From Somniosus microcephalus (Eukaryota), in NCBI GenBank assembly GCA_052327205.1, contig CM126204.1, positions 59,024,001 to 59,088,000 of the forward strand: a stretch of 64,000 nt of DNA, in the 5' to 3' direction. Position 1 is the stretch's first letter, and each line of letters opens with the position of its first letter. This document shows, piece by piece, positions 38,310 to 49,864 of this stretch. The position numbers were made by a program, and so were the translations under genes. The notes beneath the pieces were generated by a model that had not been told where the DNA came from, made no database searches, and saw nothing but the letters and a program-made list of their open reading frames with translations.

Positions 38310-38647
38310 CGTAGGGTCATCCAGACTCGAGTCGTCGTGGGCTTGTTCTCTCTACACAGATGTGGCCGGACCTGCTGTGATTTCCAGCAAAAAAAAATGT
38401 TTTTTTGTCTGTTTTTTGTTTTTCATACAGACCCCAGCATCTGCAACATTTGACCCCTTGTGACCCCACCTCATTGTTCTTTGATGTAATGTTTTCCTGA
38501 CTGACCTGTTTGGACACCATTCACACCTTTGATTGCTGTGATTATCTCTCTGCCGAGGTGTGATAAATGGCAGTTAGAAAGATTACCTGTAATCATCTGG
38601 CATTATTCTTTGACTATATAAGCTGTGTCTTTATGCATCTCTCCACT

Positions 38648-38684
38648 TCACCTGACGAAGGAGCAGCGCTCCGAAAGCTTGTGA
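38648..38684 (+). ncRNA. Minimal type I hammerhead ribozyme
   Basis: tcac-CTGACGA-a-GGAGC-agc-GCTCC-GAAA-GC-TT-gtga. Confidence 0.8.
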
Positions 38685-39828
38685 TTTCAAATAAAACTGT
38701 TGGACTATAACTGGTGTTGTGTGACTTCTTACATTAGCTCACCACAGAATAGCTTCTTGGGCAGTCTATTATCAGGCATTCAGACTAAGTGATCAGCCCA
38801 CCTTAGCTGCACCATTACTAATCATTGCCTCTATGCCTGGCATACTTGCTCTTCTGAGGACCTCCTGAGAATCTTATACCACCATTGAATTTTCATGATC
38901 TTCCTGAGGCAGCCTAGTTGGAAGTGATTGAGATTCTGATGTGGCAACTGTAAGTGGTCAAGCTATCACACACTAAGGATGTTATAAACTATTGCCTTGT
39001 AGACCTTAAGCTTTGTTGCCAGTTTGATGTCCCTTTCATCCCACAACCTCACACAGAGCCTTCCAAAAGCATTACTGGCTTTAATCAATCATGTGGTTCA
39101 CCTCTCCATCTAGGAGCGCATCACGTAACATGGTGCTTCCTAGGTTGGGGAACATATCCACTGTAGACAGCGTGTGCCCTTCAATGGCGATATTAGGTGG
39201 CACATAAGGTTTTCCAGGTTTTTTCAGACTGATAGTGAGGCCAGATTTCTTACAAATGTAAGAAGTCACACAACACCAGGTTATAGTCCAACAGTTTTAT
39301 TTGAAATCACAGGGGGAGAAATTTGGTTGTTAGCGCCACCGATTAACGCCTAAAGAGGCTGAGAAGTGGGCCGCCAATTTCCGGGCGGGCGCAGGGCGCC
39401 TAGTGCCTCGCCCCATATTTAGCATGCATTTAGCGCCGGCGCTAAATCTTAGCGCCCGCTCATGGGCGCAGGCTGATTATGATGTCATTTGAGTGTGCAA
39501 CACCTTTTGGGCGCCCCGGACCAGAAATTCAGTGGCGCCCCCCTCCGTAGCGCCTGGCGCTAATAGTGACAGCTTACCTGGACCTTACCAAGTCGCTCTC
39601 GGGCTGGAGGAGTGTTATTTAAAGGGAACTCGTGTGGGTTAAAAGCGGCAGCCATTTTTGGAGCACAACTTCCTCGAGAGCTACTAAGAGTTGCTGAGCT
39701 GCACACTGAGAGTCATTTGACCACTGAGCCAGCGCAGGCAGACGATCTTCAGCCTTCTGGCCATTACCTTGCTGTTGGTGAGCCTTGACAATGGGGAACC
39801 TTCCTATGGGCACTTATTATGGGGGCTG

Positions 39829-42800
39829 TGTTGTGTATGTACCTTTAAGGGAATAACTGGTCTTAGACTGCAGTACCGGCAGTGACCACCCCTGTATGAA
39901 AGGCCCTAGCAGGCTTCTGTAGTTTCAGTTTCAAGCTGCCTCTTGTTCAGTAAAGTACCTGTTAAACTGTTCTCCCGAAGTCCATATATTATTGAGGCGC
40001 GGACTTTACAGTGGCGACGAGTAAGTTCGAACTCACCTGCAGTGTGGCATCATCTCACGGGGATCTCGCCTGAAAGGAAGGTCCTGGAAGGTCGTAGTCT
40101 GAGCAACGGGCGTCGACCGAGGGCAACCGCCCAAAGAATCCATCGGTGTTTGGAGAATTGCGGGAGAGACTGTGGTTCCAGCGAATCGTGCTGGTAGCAG
40201 GTAGCGCGCTGACCCTTCGGGACTGCGGCGGGCTCAAGCTTGATTGAGCGGCTCTACAAATCAGGCCGCGCAGTGTCGCCGGGAAAAGAAAACAAGAGAG
40301 AGAGGGTGGAGCGCACAGGGCGCGGTCGGTGCTTGAGAACAGGACAGCGGAGAGAAACTAAACGGGGGGGAAGGAAAGCGAGACGCGCCGAAGCTGCGGT
40401 TCGCCGCCATTACCCTGGAGAACGCTAGGAGCAGCGTGGCAGTAAGGGGAAGAAGCAAAAGTGCGGGAGGCACCATTTTATCCCATTGGGGAAGAAGCAA
40501 AAGTGCGGGAGGCGCCATTTTATTCCATTGGGGAAGAAGCAAAAGCGCGGGAGGCGCCATTTTAAATCGCCCAAGATGCCGAAAAGTGGCAGTATCACTG
40601 CTTTCGACAACGAGGTAGAAGACTGGACCACGTATGTGGAAAGAATTGAAGTGTACTGCAAGGCAAATGAGGTGGCTGATGGAAAGAGGGCGTCGGTATT
40701 ATTAAATCTGATGGGTACGAGTACGTACGGCCTATTGCGGAATTTAATTACCCCAGCTAAACCAATGGAGAAAAGTTTTGAGGAGATTGTTCATATCTTA
40801 CAGGAACACCTAAGCCCTACACCACTGCTGATAGCAGAAAGATTCAAGTTCCATAAAAGAAACCAGCACAAAGATGAGAGCAATGCTGACTATCTTACGG
40901 AACTACGCAAGTTATCGAAGCACTGCCAGTTCGGAGCAGGACTGGCAGACACCTTACGGGATAAGTTTGTCTGCGGGCTCCAGAGTGAAGGAACCCAGAA
41001 ACGACTACTTTCAAAAAAGGACCTGACGCTAGAACAGGCTTTCAGCCTGGCAGCATCCTACGAAGCAGCAGCACGGGGAGCTGCGGAAATACAACAGAAA
41101 CCACAAGAATACAACGCTAACGAAATGGCGTATGGAGCCGAAAAGTGCTATCGCTGCGGCAGAACAACCCATGAGCAGAAGGACTGCTGGTTTAAAGACA
41201 AAATATGCAGGCAATGCGGGAAAATGGGACATATAGCAAGAGTCTGCAGGTCGGGAAAGAAGACCAACATGACAAGAACTACTAAGGAAAAGTACAGGAA
41301 AGTAATGAAACTGACAGATAGTAGTTCAGAAGATTAGGAGAGTGATAAGGACTCCGGGAGCAGGCGACTAAGTTGTTTAAAGTTACACAACGTGATCGCA
41401 AAGAAGATCACCGAACCATTTGGGTCACCCTCATGATAGCAGGGTCCCCAGTGAAGATGGAATTGGACACAGGATCAGCCCTAACTGTCATGAATCGACG
41501 AGACTATGAGCGGCTATTTTCACACATACCCTTAAAGGACACGTCCATTGTATTGAAGACATACACGGGGCAAAAGGTCTACCCCAGAGGAAAAAGAAGG
41601 GTGCCAGTTGAATATAACGGAAAGGAAACACAGAAACTATACATGTATATACTACGAGATGGAGGACCACCATTATTGAGACGTGAATGGATCCGAAGAC
41701 TACAATTGGATTGGCATTCCATTCTGGCACTAACTGTGACTGACAAAAAAGATGATGACGTCGCACCTGGACGTCTGTCACAAATTCTATCTGACGCGGA
41801 AGAGGTGTTCCAACAAGGACTTGGGACTCTAAAAGGAGTAAAGGCAACCATAAAGATTGAGGATAACGCAACCCCAAAAATTTTCAAGGCCAGACCGGTG
41901 CCATATGTGATACGCCCAGCTGTGGAAGCTGAACTGGAGAGTCTGGAGCGTTTGGGGGTGCTGTCTAAGGTGGACTGGAGCGAGTGGGCCACACCCATCG
42001 TTCCTGTAATGAAGAAAGCATTGAGCAGCACGCCTGGGGAGCCAAGGAAGGTTCGCATCTGTGGGGACTTCAAGGTGACTGTGAACCCAGTCCTGCACAC
42101 AGTACAGTATCCGCTTCTGCGGATAGAAGATATTTTCACCTCGCTATCTGGAGGGAAACGTTTTACAAAGATTGACTTGGCTCAAGCGTATCTACAAATG
42201 GAGGTGGAAGAAGCATCTAGGAAATACCTCACGATAAACACTCACAAAGGCCTTTACCAGTACAATTGACTGGTATTTGGGGTAGCATCGGCCCCGGCTA
42301 TGAGGCAGAGGGCAATGGAACAAGTCCTGCAAGGGATCCCGGGGACCCAGTGTTATTTGGATGACATCCTGGTTACGGGCGAAAATGACAATGAACAACT
42401 TGCCAACCTGGAACAGGTGCTCATGAGATTGCAGGAATATGGGCTACGAGCCAACCGTCCCAAATGCAAGTTCTTCAGGAGACAAATCTCGTATTGTGGC
42501 CACATGATTGATGAGGAAGGGTTGCATAAGTCGCTGGACAAGATTGAGGCTGTAGTCAAGACTCCAGCACCAGAAAATGTGTCGCAACTGAGGTCATTCC
42601 TCGGGTTGGTGAACTACTACCATAAGTTCTTGCCGAATTTATCTACAATTCTGCACCCACTGAACGCCCTCCTTCAATCTGGTGTAACATGGAAATGGAG
42701 TGATGAGTGTAAGCGTGCCTTTCAGGAATGTAAATGCCAAATCACTTCAAAAGAAGTATTGGCCCACTACAACCCAACACTACCGATTCGGTTGGCATAT

Positions 42801-44817
42801 GATGCGTCACCTTACGGCATTGGAGCGGTGCTGTCACACAAATTCCGTGACAGTTCAGAGAGGCCAATAGCCTTTGCATCGCGCTCGCTAACCTCAGCCG
42901 AGCGTAACTACACCCAGGTTGACAGGGAGGCCCTCAGCCTGGTGTGGGGGGTGAAGAAGTTCAATCACTATCTGCACGGGCAGAAATTCACCCTACTGAC
43001 TGATCATCAACCCCTGGTCTCAATTTTTAACCCAAAGAAGGGCGTTCCGGTGATGACGGCGCAACGGCTGCAAAGATGGTCACTTTTTCTAGGGGCACAT
43101 CAGTATGACATAGAGTACAAAGGTACGAAACAACATGGAAACGCTGATGGGCTGTCGCGCCTACCGTTACCTACGGCGGAAGAAGCACCGCTGTGTGGAC
43201 CCTGTGGAGATATTCCATGCGACCATAGTCGAATGTTTGCCTGTTACAAACGCAAGTATTGAGAAGGAAACCCGAAATGACCCGACACTCGCTCGGGTCT
43301 ATGATTTGACGGTGAAGGGATGGCCAGCATATGGCGACTCACTGTTGCCAGCATTCTCGCCAAGGAGGGAACAGCTGTCAGTGTGCCGGGGAACCTTGAT
43401 GTGTGGATCCCGAGTGGTAATTCCACCCAAGTTGAGAGATAGAGTACTCAATGAGCTTCACGAGGGTCATCTGGGAGGGGTAAAACTGAAGAGCCTAGCC
43501 AGGGCGTTTGTGTGGTGGCCGGGAATCGATAAAGAAATCGAGGATATGACCAAGAGATGCACAGGATGCCAGAAGGTCTAAAATGCTCCACCACAGGCCC
43601 CGCTACATCCATGGGAGTGGCCCTCATCTCCATGGCAACGGGTACACATTGATTTCGCTGGTCCATTTATGGACTCAATTTGCTTTGGACGCCCATTCGA
43701 AATGGCCAGAGGTCATTAAAATGTCCTCCACCACCACGGAGAAAACTATTGCAGTCCTAAGAACCATTTTCACCAGGAATGGGTTGCCAGAACAGATCTG
43801 TTCCGACAATGGCCCACAGTTTGCGTCTGAGGATTTCCGGAGGTTCCTGAAGAATAATGGGGTGAAACATTACACATCTGCCCCATATCATCCAGCCACA
43901 AATGGATTGGCTGAGAGGTTTGTTCAGACCTTTAAAAAGGCCATAAAGGCAATGTATAATGACGATATACCACTGCAATACAAGGTGGATAACTTCCTGT
44001 TTGCTTACCGGAATGCAACACATGCAATAACCAACCAAACTCCAGCCGTACTGTTTTTTAACCGGAGACTAAGGTGTCGCTTGGATTTGCTCAAACCAAA
44101 CATAAGACAAGATGTTGAGGATAAGCAGTTCCAGCACATAAATGAGAAGCCAACCAGGAGCTTCAAGATAGGGCAACCAGTCTTGGCCCGCGACTACCGA
44201 ACAGAAAAATGGCAGCCAGGCACAATATGCACACAGCTGGGACCACTAATGTACACAGTGGATGTTGGAGAGAGCATCATGAGACGCTATGCTGACCAGA
44301 TTCTAGAGTCACAGGAACAAGCCAAACCTGTACCACAAGCATGTGCACCTGGTAATGAGCCCGAAGTACAGATTGCGTCTACCTCAGAAGCAGGGGTATT
44401 GGAAGCTGACGAACCAACCAATGACAATGAGCCAGAATGACTCCAGCGCCAGAACAGGATACTCGAGAAAGGCACTATCCAGTCCAGATCAGGAAGCCTC
44501 CTCAAAGACTGAACTTATAAATGACTATTTCAGTTGATATATATATTACTGAGAAAATTGTAATTCTAATTGTAATTAGTTATTATTTAGTTGTTAAATG
44601 AATGTTATGTACTGTTTATCTAAAATGGGAGGAATTGTTGTGTATGTACCTTTAAGGGAATAACTGGTCTTAGACTGCAGTACCGGCAGTGACCACCCCT
44701 GTATAAAAGGCCCTAGCAGGCTTCTGTAGTTTCAGTTTCAAGCTGCCTCTTGTTCAGTAAAGTACCTGTTAAACTGTTCTCCCGAAGTCCGTGTATTATT
44801 GAGGCGCGGACTTTACA
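39829..44817 (+). mobile_element. Gypsy LTR retrotransposon B3 (Mag-like), defective
   Basis: 182-bp LTRs 39829-40010 and 44636-44817 (about 3 differences); TSD ggctg; PBS tggcgacgag at 40012. Confidence 0.96.
40576..44520 (+). pseudogene. gag-pol of B3 with stops and frameshifts
   Basis: ORF pieces 40486-41337, 41373-42269, 42300-43262, 43135-43581, 43583-44440, homologous to B2. Confidence 0.92.
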
Positions 44818-46859
44818 GGCTGCATTGGAGGGGAACGTCCTGCTGCTGAACCATCTGGAAAGGGCACTGAGACGCTGGGAGAGGGGGGCGGGCATGGCCA
44901 GACGGAGGAGGGCCAGCAGACGTCGCCACAGCAGACCTTACGCTGGCAGGGTTTTCCGACAGCAGTTTTCCTGCATGAACATGCCGGAGGAGCAGTGTGT
45001 CAGAAGGCTGCGATTTAGAAAGGAGGTGGTGACTGAGCTGTGCCAGCTGCTTCAGCCAGATCTGCAGCCTCAGATAAGGTGCAGGACATCTGTCGGTGGC
45101 TGAGAAGATGCCTGCTGGCCTGAACTTCTACGTGAGCGGCTCTTCTCAGGCTGCGCGTCAGAGGCTGATCAGAAGTAGCTTTTAGGCCCCTCTCACAGAA
45201 TGCTTGCTGCCATTCCAAGACCAGGAATGGAACCGGTCTGATACCCCCAAGCCTGTGAAGGGCAAGATGCATGTAAATAGCAGGCATGGCCATTGTAAAT
45301 GAAGAAAGTGTTTCATTACACAAAACGTCGTTCCTTCAAACATGAGAAAGCTATGGCAACAGAAAGCAAAACGAATACACTGACACATAACTGACTCTCA
45401 CACCCGGGAGACTATCCAAAGCATAAATCACATTCCGACCATCTTCCTTGGCCTTGATTCCACTGCGCCAACCAAAGCATCCAATGCCCCATCAGTGAGG
45501 CATTCTGCCCTCTGCCTCACCCTTTCCATGTCTTGCTAGGCTGGTGCGCCACAGGTAGGCTCCCACCGCTTTGAAGGCCTACAAGGCAGTGAGTGTGTCT
45601 GGTGATGCCAATTGACCTGCCCCTTTAAGAGCTGGCCGGCGCCAGTGTGTCTCAGGGAAAGTGATTATTGACAGCACCCTCGCTGTGCCCCGCCGCCGCG
45701 AAATTGGGTTGCGCCGCCGGGTTAGCGCCTTAAGAGTAGCGTGCAGCGCCTGATTTAGCGCCGCAATCACCTTTAGGGGCGCTGAAACCCAATATCGCAC
45801 TGGTGGCACTAAATTGCGCCTGGCGCTAAACTTTGCGCATTGCCAGGACTAGCGCCCCAAACGCGGCTATACCGAATTTCTCAGCCACAAGCTTTCGGAG
45901 CACTGCTCCTTCATCAGGTGAAGTGAAGAGTTGCATATAAGCACAGCATATATAGTCAGAGAGTACACCTGGCAGTACTCTCTGACTATATATGCTGTGC
46001 TTATATGCAACTCTTCACTTCACCTGACGAAGGAGCAGCACTCCAAAAGCTTGTGATTTCAAATAAAGCTGTTGGACTATAACCTGGTGTTGTGTGACTT
46101 CTTACATTTGTCCACCCCAGTCCAACACCGGCATCTCCACATCAAATTTCTTACAAGCAGCTGAGAAATGGTCCATGATGACTTGGAGGTCAGCAGCAGA
46201 CAAGAGCTCTTGAACAAGTTCTTCAGAGGTCTTAGTTGTGGACTGCAGGTGGTAGAGATTGTATAATTGGCCCTCTGTCCTGAAGCGAAAGCTTGCTAGA
46301 TTGGTGTCAATGGCTGAGAGTGAAGTGACGGCAGAGTACAGGATAGGTGATTTCTCACTGTCTGTGTTTCCTGGTATTTGGTAGTTATGCATATGCCATT
46401 GTATCAATATTTGGGTGCAAAATATATTGAAAGGTTCTAGGTACCACAAATTGGCAGATTAACATCTGAAATATTGATATTGGTGAAATTTCCTGATGGA
46501 GGAGGCCGTCACTATAAGGTGACAGTGGAGATTGTGGATCATTGATATATTGTGAGATATGATGTTGAATATCTCATGAAAATTGTTCTGAAAAGCATTA
46601 TATCTGGGAAACACCAGTCAGATCAGCCCAGAGTGCAAAAGGCTCGGCAAGGAACTGGGTAGTCTGGCTAACACTCGGGCAAGGCACCCAGAATTGCATA
46701 AGATGGAGACGTGTACAGATAATCATGAATGGAACCCATATGCTGCCTACATAAAAGGAAAAAGAATCTGCCTATCATCCATTGTGTCTGTTTAATTTAT
46801 GTTATAAGATGGTGTGTCCACAGGAACAGTGTTTTTAACAGTGATTTATTTGTACTACT

Positions 46860-47457
46860 TGCAATTTAGTATACTGTATTCGCTGCTCACGATGCAGTCT
46901 CCTCTACATTGGGGAGATCAAACGCAGATTGAGCGACAGCTTTGCGGAACACCTCCGTTCAGTCCGTAAGGGTGACTCCGAGCTTCCGGTCACCTGTCAC
47001 TTTAATTCTCCACTTTACTCCCACTCTGATCTCTCTATCCTCGGCCTCTTACACTGTTCCAATGAAGCTCAACGTAAGCTCGAGGAACAGCACCTCATCT
47101 TTCGATTAGGCACTTTACAGCCTTCTGGACTCAGCATTGAGTTCAACAATTTCAGGCTATAACCCCTGCCCCCATTTTTCAGGCTGTATGATTCTGCCAT
47201 CCCCATTTGCAACATTTAATCTTTCCTGCCTCCAACCCTAGCACAGACTGTTCCTTCAAATCCTCCCCCCACTCCCCGCCTCTGCACCTGCTTAATATCT
47301 GTTACATCTCCAGCCTTTTCCAGTTCTGAAGAAGGGTCCCAGACCTGAAACGTTAACTCTTGTTTCTCTCTCCACGGATGCTGCCTGGCCTGCTGAGTGT
47401 TTCCAGCATTTTCTGTTGTTATTTCAGATTTCCAGCATCCGCAGTATTTTGCTATTG
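46860..47457 (+). mobile_element. Penelope-like element 3' fragment
   Basis: LYIGEIKRRLSDSFAEHLRSV...RKLEEQHLIFRLG plus the terminal module shared with 2318-3310. Confidence 0.85.
47322..47358 (+). ncRNA. Minimal type I hammerhead ribozyme
   Basis: agtt-CTGAAGA-a-GGGTC-cca-GACCT-GAAA-CG-TT-aact. Confidence 0.7.
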
Positions 47458-47622
47458 TATAGTATGTTATAATTAGTGTGATGCCATTTTTTCTAGACAT
47501 TACATTTAATCTGCATCAAGGGGGAATTGTCTGACCAGGTTTTAAACTGTTACTGTCATAAGTTACACGTTTTGTAAGATAAATTAAAATGCAATTTAAA
47601 AAAAATACAACTCCATCAATAC

Positions 47623-47977
47623 GGTGGCAGCACGGTGGCATAGCGGTTAGCACTGTTGCCTCACAGCGCCAGGGACCCGGGTTCGAATCCGGCCTCGGGC
47701 GACTGTCTGTGTGGAGTTTGCACATTCTCCCCGTGTTTGCGTGGGTTTCCTCCGGGTGCTCCGGTTTCCTCCCACAGTCCAAAGATGTGCAGGTTAGGTT
47801 GATTGGCTATGATAAATTGACCCTTAGTGTTAGGGGGATTAAATATGTGGGGTTACGGGGATAGGGTGGGATATGTGTTGGTGTAGGGGTTACGGGGATT
47901 GGGTGGGATATGTGTCGGTGCAGGCTCGATGGGCCGAAATGGCCTCTATCTGTTCTGTGATTTCTGTGATTTCTGTG
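47623..47977 (+). mobile_element. tRNA-derived V-SINE (HE1-like) with CR1-type tail
   Basis: A box tggcatagcgg, B box ggttcgaatcc, V-domain ctgtgtggagtttgcacattctccccgtg..gcgtgggtttcctccggg; TSD aatac. Confidence 0.92.
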
Positions 47978-49864
47978 AATACTAAATGCTGAACTAACGT
48001 TAAATATGTGGAAACATTAAAGAAAACTCTGAAAATATTGAATACAAATCAAAATGATTCATTCACAATCCACTTTCCGCATCCCCAATGCTACTTAATG
48101 TTAAAACTATTTTTCTTTACGCAAGAAAAATTGATGTTCCATTATGACCAACCTGCTTCGAAAGTATTTCCATCTTTCAACAAGTAATTCATACAATTTA
48201 TCTTTTTGACATCACCGCCGACTGCCAACACCAAAACAACAGGAGTGTCTCAAATCCAGCCTAGGCGTTGGGCCCATTTTCCTTCACAGCCCGTCCAATA
48301 TCTGACAGGCCAGGGGTCATACAAAACTGACAACATGACAACTATCACAGCATACAAATCCTAGTTCATTCAAGGGTGATCTGTGGCATACAATGTGGTT
48401 TCATAAGTTTGTCACTTTTGTAAACACTTAACCAGACGTTAAACCTCTTTTTTAAACCATAAAATCAATTGCCATTTGTATAACCAAGCTACTACACCAT
48501 TGGTAGTTGTAGTGTATGTACCCGTCTACCTTTAAGGGAACTATTGAATGTAACCGTTCACCTTTAAGGGAACTACTTTAGGTGTGGCACTATTTGTTTG
48601 GCTTCTGTATACTGTAATACCGATAGTGACCACACCAGTATATAAGTGTTGTAGCAGGATTTCTGGGGCAGATTCGCCCTGACCTCTGAATAGTAAAGAC
48701 CTGTTTGTTTGTACTTCAAAAGTCTGTGTATTTATTTACTGCACAACCCACAGACTTTACAGTGGCGACGAGTCCGATCGTACCCTGCGGCAAGATTACC
48801 AAAGCAAGAAGAGCGTCGAAGAGAGGCAACCGCCCTCGTCGTGCTGCTGGAAGAAAACACGAGGCTGCAGCAGGAGTAGGGTGTAAGACTTTAGCAACAA
48901 AAGCTTCCATTAGCAACAGGCACTGACTACCCTTCTACCACGGTGCGGAGTGAGCCGATCAGCAGGGAACAAGGCGGCCGAAGAGACTGTGAGTAGGGGA
49001 AGGTGTAGAGAACATCCGGAGGATAAGGGCAGAGCACTCGACCTCGGTCGAGGGGGAGCTGTGCCGGCCAAAAGTCGGGTCCAACGGCATCGGGTGACAG
49101 CCGGACCGCGATCGGCGGGAAAAATCCGAGCAGCGACCGCAGCCACAAAGCGCTGAGCCTGCGAGTAGGCGCGGGAAGAGAAACCCAGCCGCAGCCGGGG
49201 AGGGAGACACCGGTCTGCGAGAGGGCTGGGGAGGCGAACGGGAACCGTGCGGGTGAGAGCCGGGTGCGGAGAGAGAGACTGCGAGGAGCCAGTCCAGCGG
49301 CTGAGCTGTTCTCCACCAACGGGGTACTCAGAACCGGCAAAACCGAACGTGCGGGAGTGGGTGAGAGACACAGCCGAAAACGGGGTGAGAGACTGCTCGA
49401 GAGCCAGTCCAGCGGCTGAGCTGTTCTCCACCAACGGGGTACCCAGGGCCGGTAGCACCGAACGTGCGGGTGAGAGAGCGACAGAGCCGGGTACGGAGAG
49501 AGAGACTGCGCGAGAGCCAGTCCAGCGGCTGAACTGTCCTCCGTTAACGGGGTGTACCCAGCGCCGGTAGAGCCGTGTGGGCGGGAGGAAAAGACATAGC
49601 CGAGTAAGGGGAGCTGTGCGGAAGCCAGCCAGCGGCTGAACCTGTCCGCTGTGGGGGAAGCGTACCCCTTCCACCGGGAAGAAACGCGGGAAGCCGCCAT
49701 TAGACGGAGAAGACGCCAGAAGCGGGAAACCGCCATTGAAGTGGGCGGGGCGAGAAAGGAAGAGCGGGAAACCGCCATTTTCGCGGGAAAACCGCCATCT
49801 TAGAAACAAACAAATAAATAAGAATACTTAAAGAAATACTGGTGCTGCTCCCAAGGGAAGAAAA

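Larger units (their letters stand above)
33061..38733. mobile_element. Penelope-like element as a large inverted duplication (minus arm 33061-36405 with CR1 inside; plus arm about 36406-38733)
   Basis: ORFs 33496-34986(-) and 36708-38309(+) are near-identical RT + GIY-YIG (GTAMG, RYIDD, YLIRC..WYIGET); terminal non-coding parts are reverse complements. Confidence 0.93.
39312..45886 (+). mobile_element. Internally deleted Harbinger element retaining the transposase N-terminus
   Basis: TIRs gggggagaaatt...aatttctcagcc; TSD aca; subterminal agcgcc motifs; RVFRQQ...EEQCVRRLRFRKEVVTELCQLLQPDL at about 44820-45140. Confidence 0.85.
39256..46142. mobile_element. Short hairpin-shaped Penelope-derived element (about 310 bp once nested inserts are removed)
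   Basis: Arms 39256-39311 + 45887-45966 and 45975-46108 are inverted copies of the terminus of the 33061-38733 element; TSD c(a)(g/a)atttcttacaa at 39242-39255 and 46143-46156. Confidence 0.85.
38734..46340 (-). mobile_element. Decayed RTE-clade LINE split by nested insertions
   Basis: Joining 46157+ to 39255- reads DLQVIMDHFSAACKKFGLTIS.KK...F.NLGS; LPKKLFCGEL near 38740-38765. Confidence 0.75.

Noticed and set aside
47623-47700. tRNA gene
   Set aside because: The A/B boxes belong to the V-SINE head.
48143-48226. Candidate 69-nt minus-strand exon (GGDVKKINCMNYLLKDGNTFEA)
   Set aside because: Splice signals are only moderate and the peptide is not recognised; needs RNA-seq.
48910-49809. 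Long antisense ORFs (299 and 283 aa) in the leader of D
   Set aside because: GC-rich tandem-repeat sequence, low-complexity translation, no recognisable domain.
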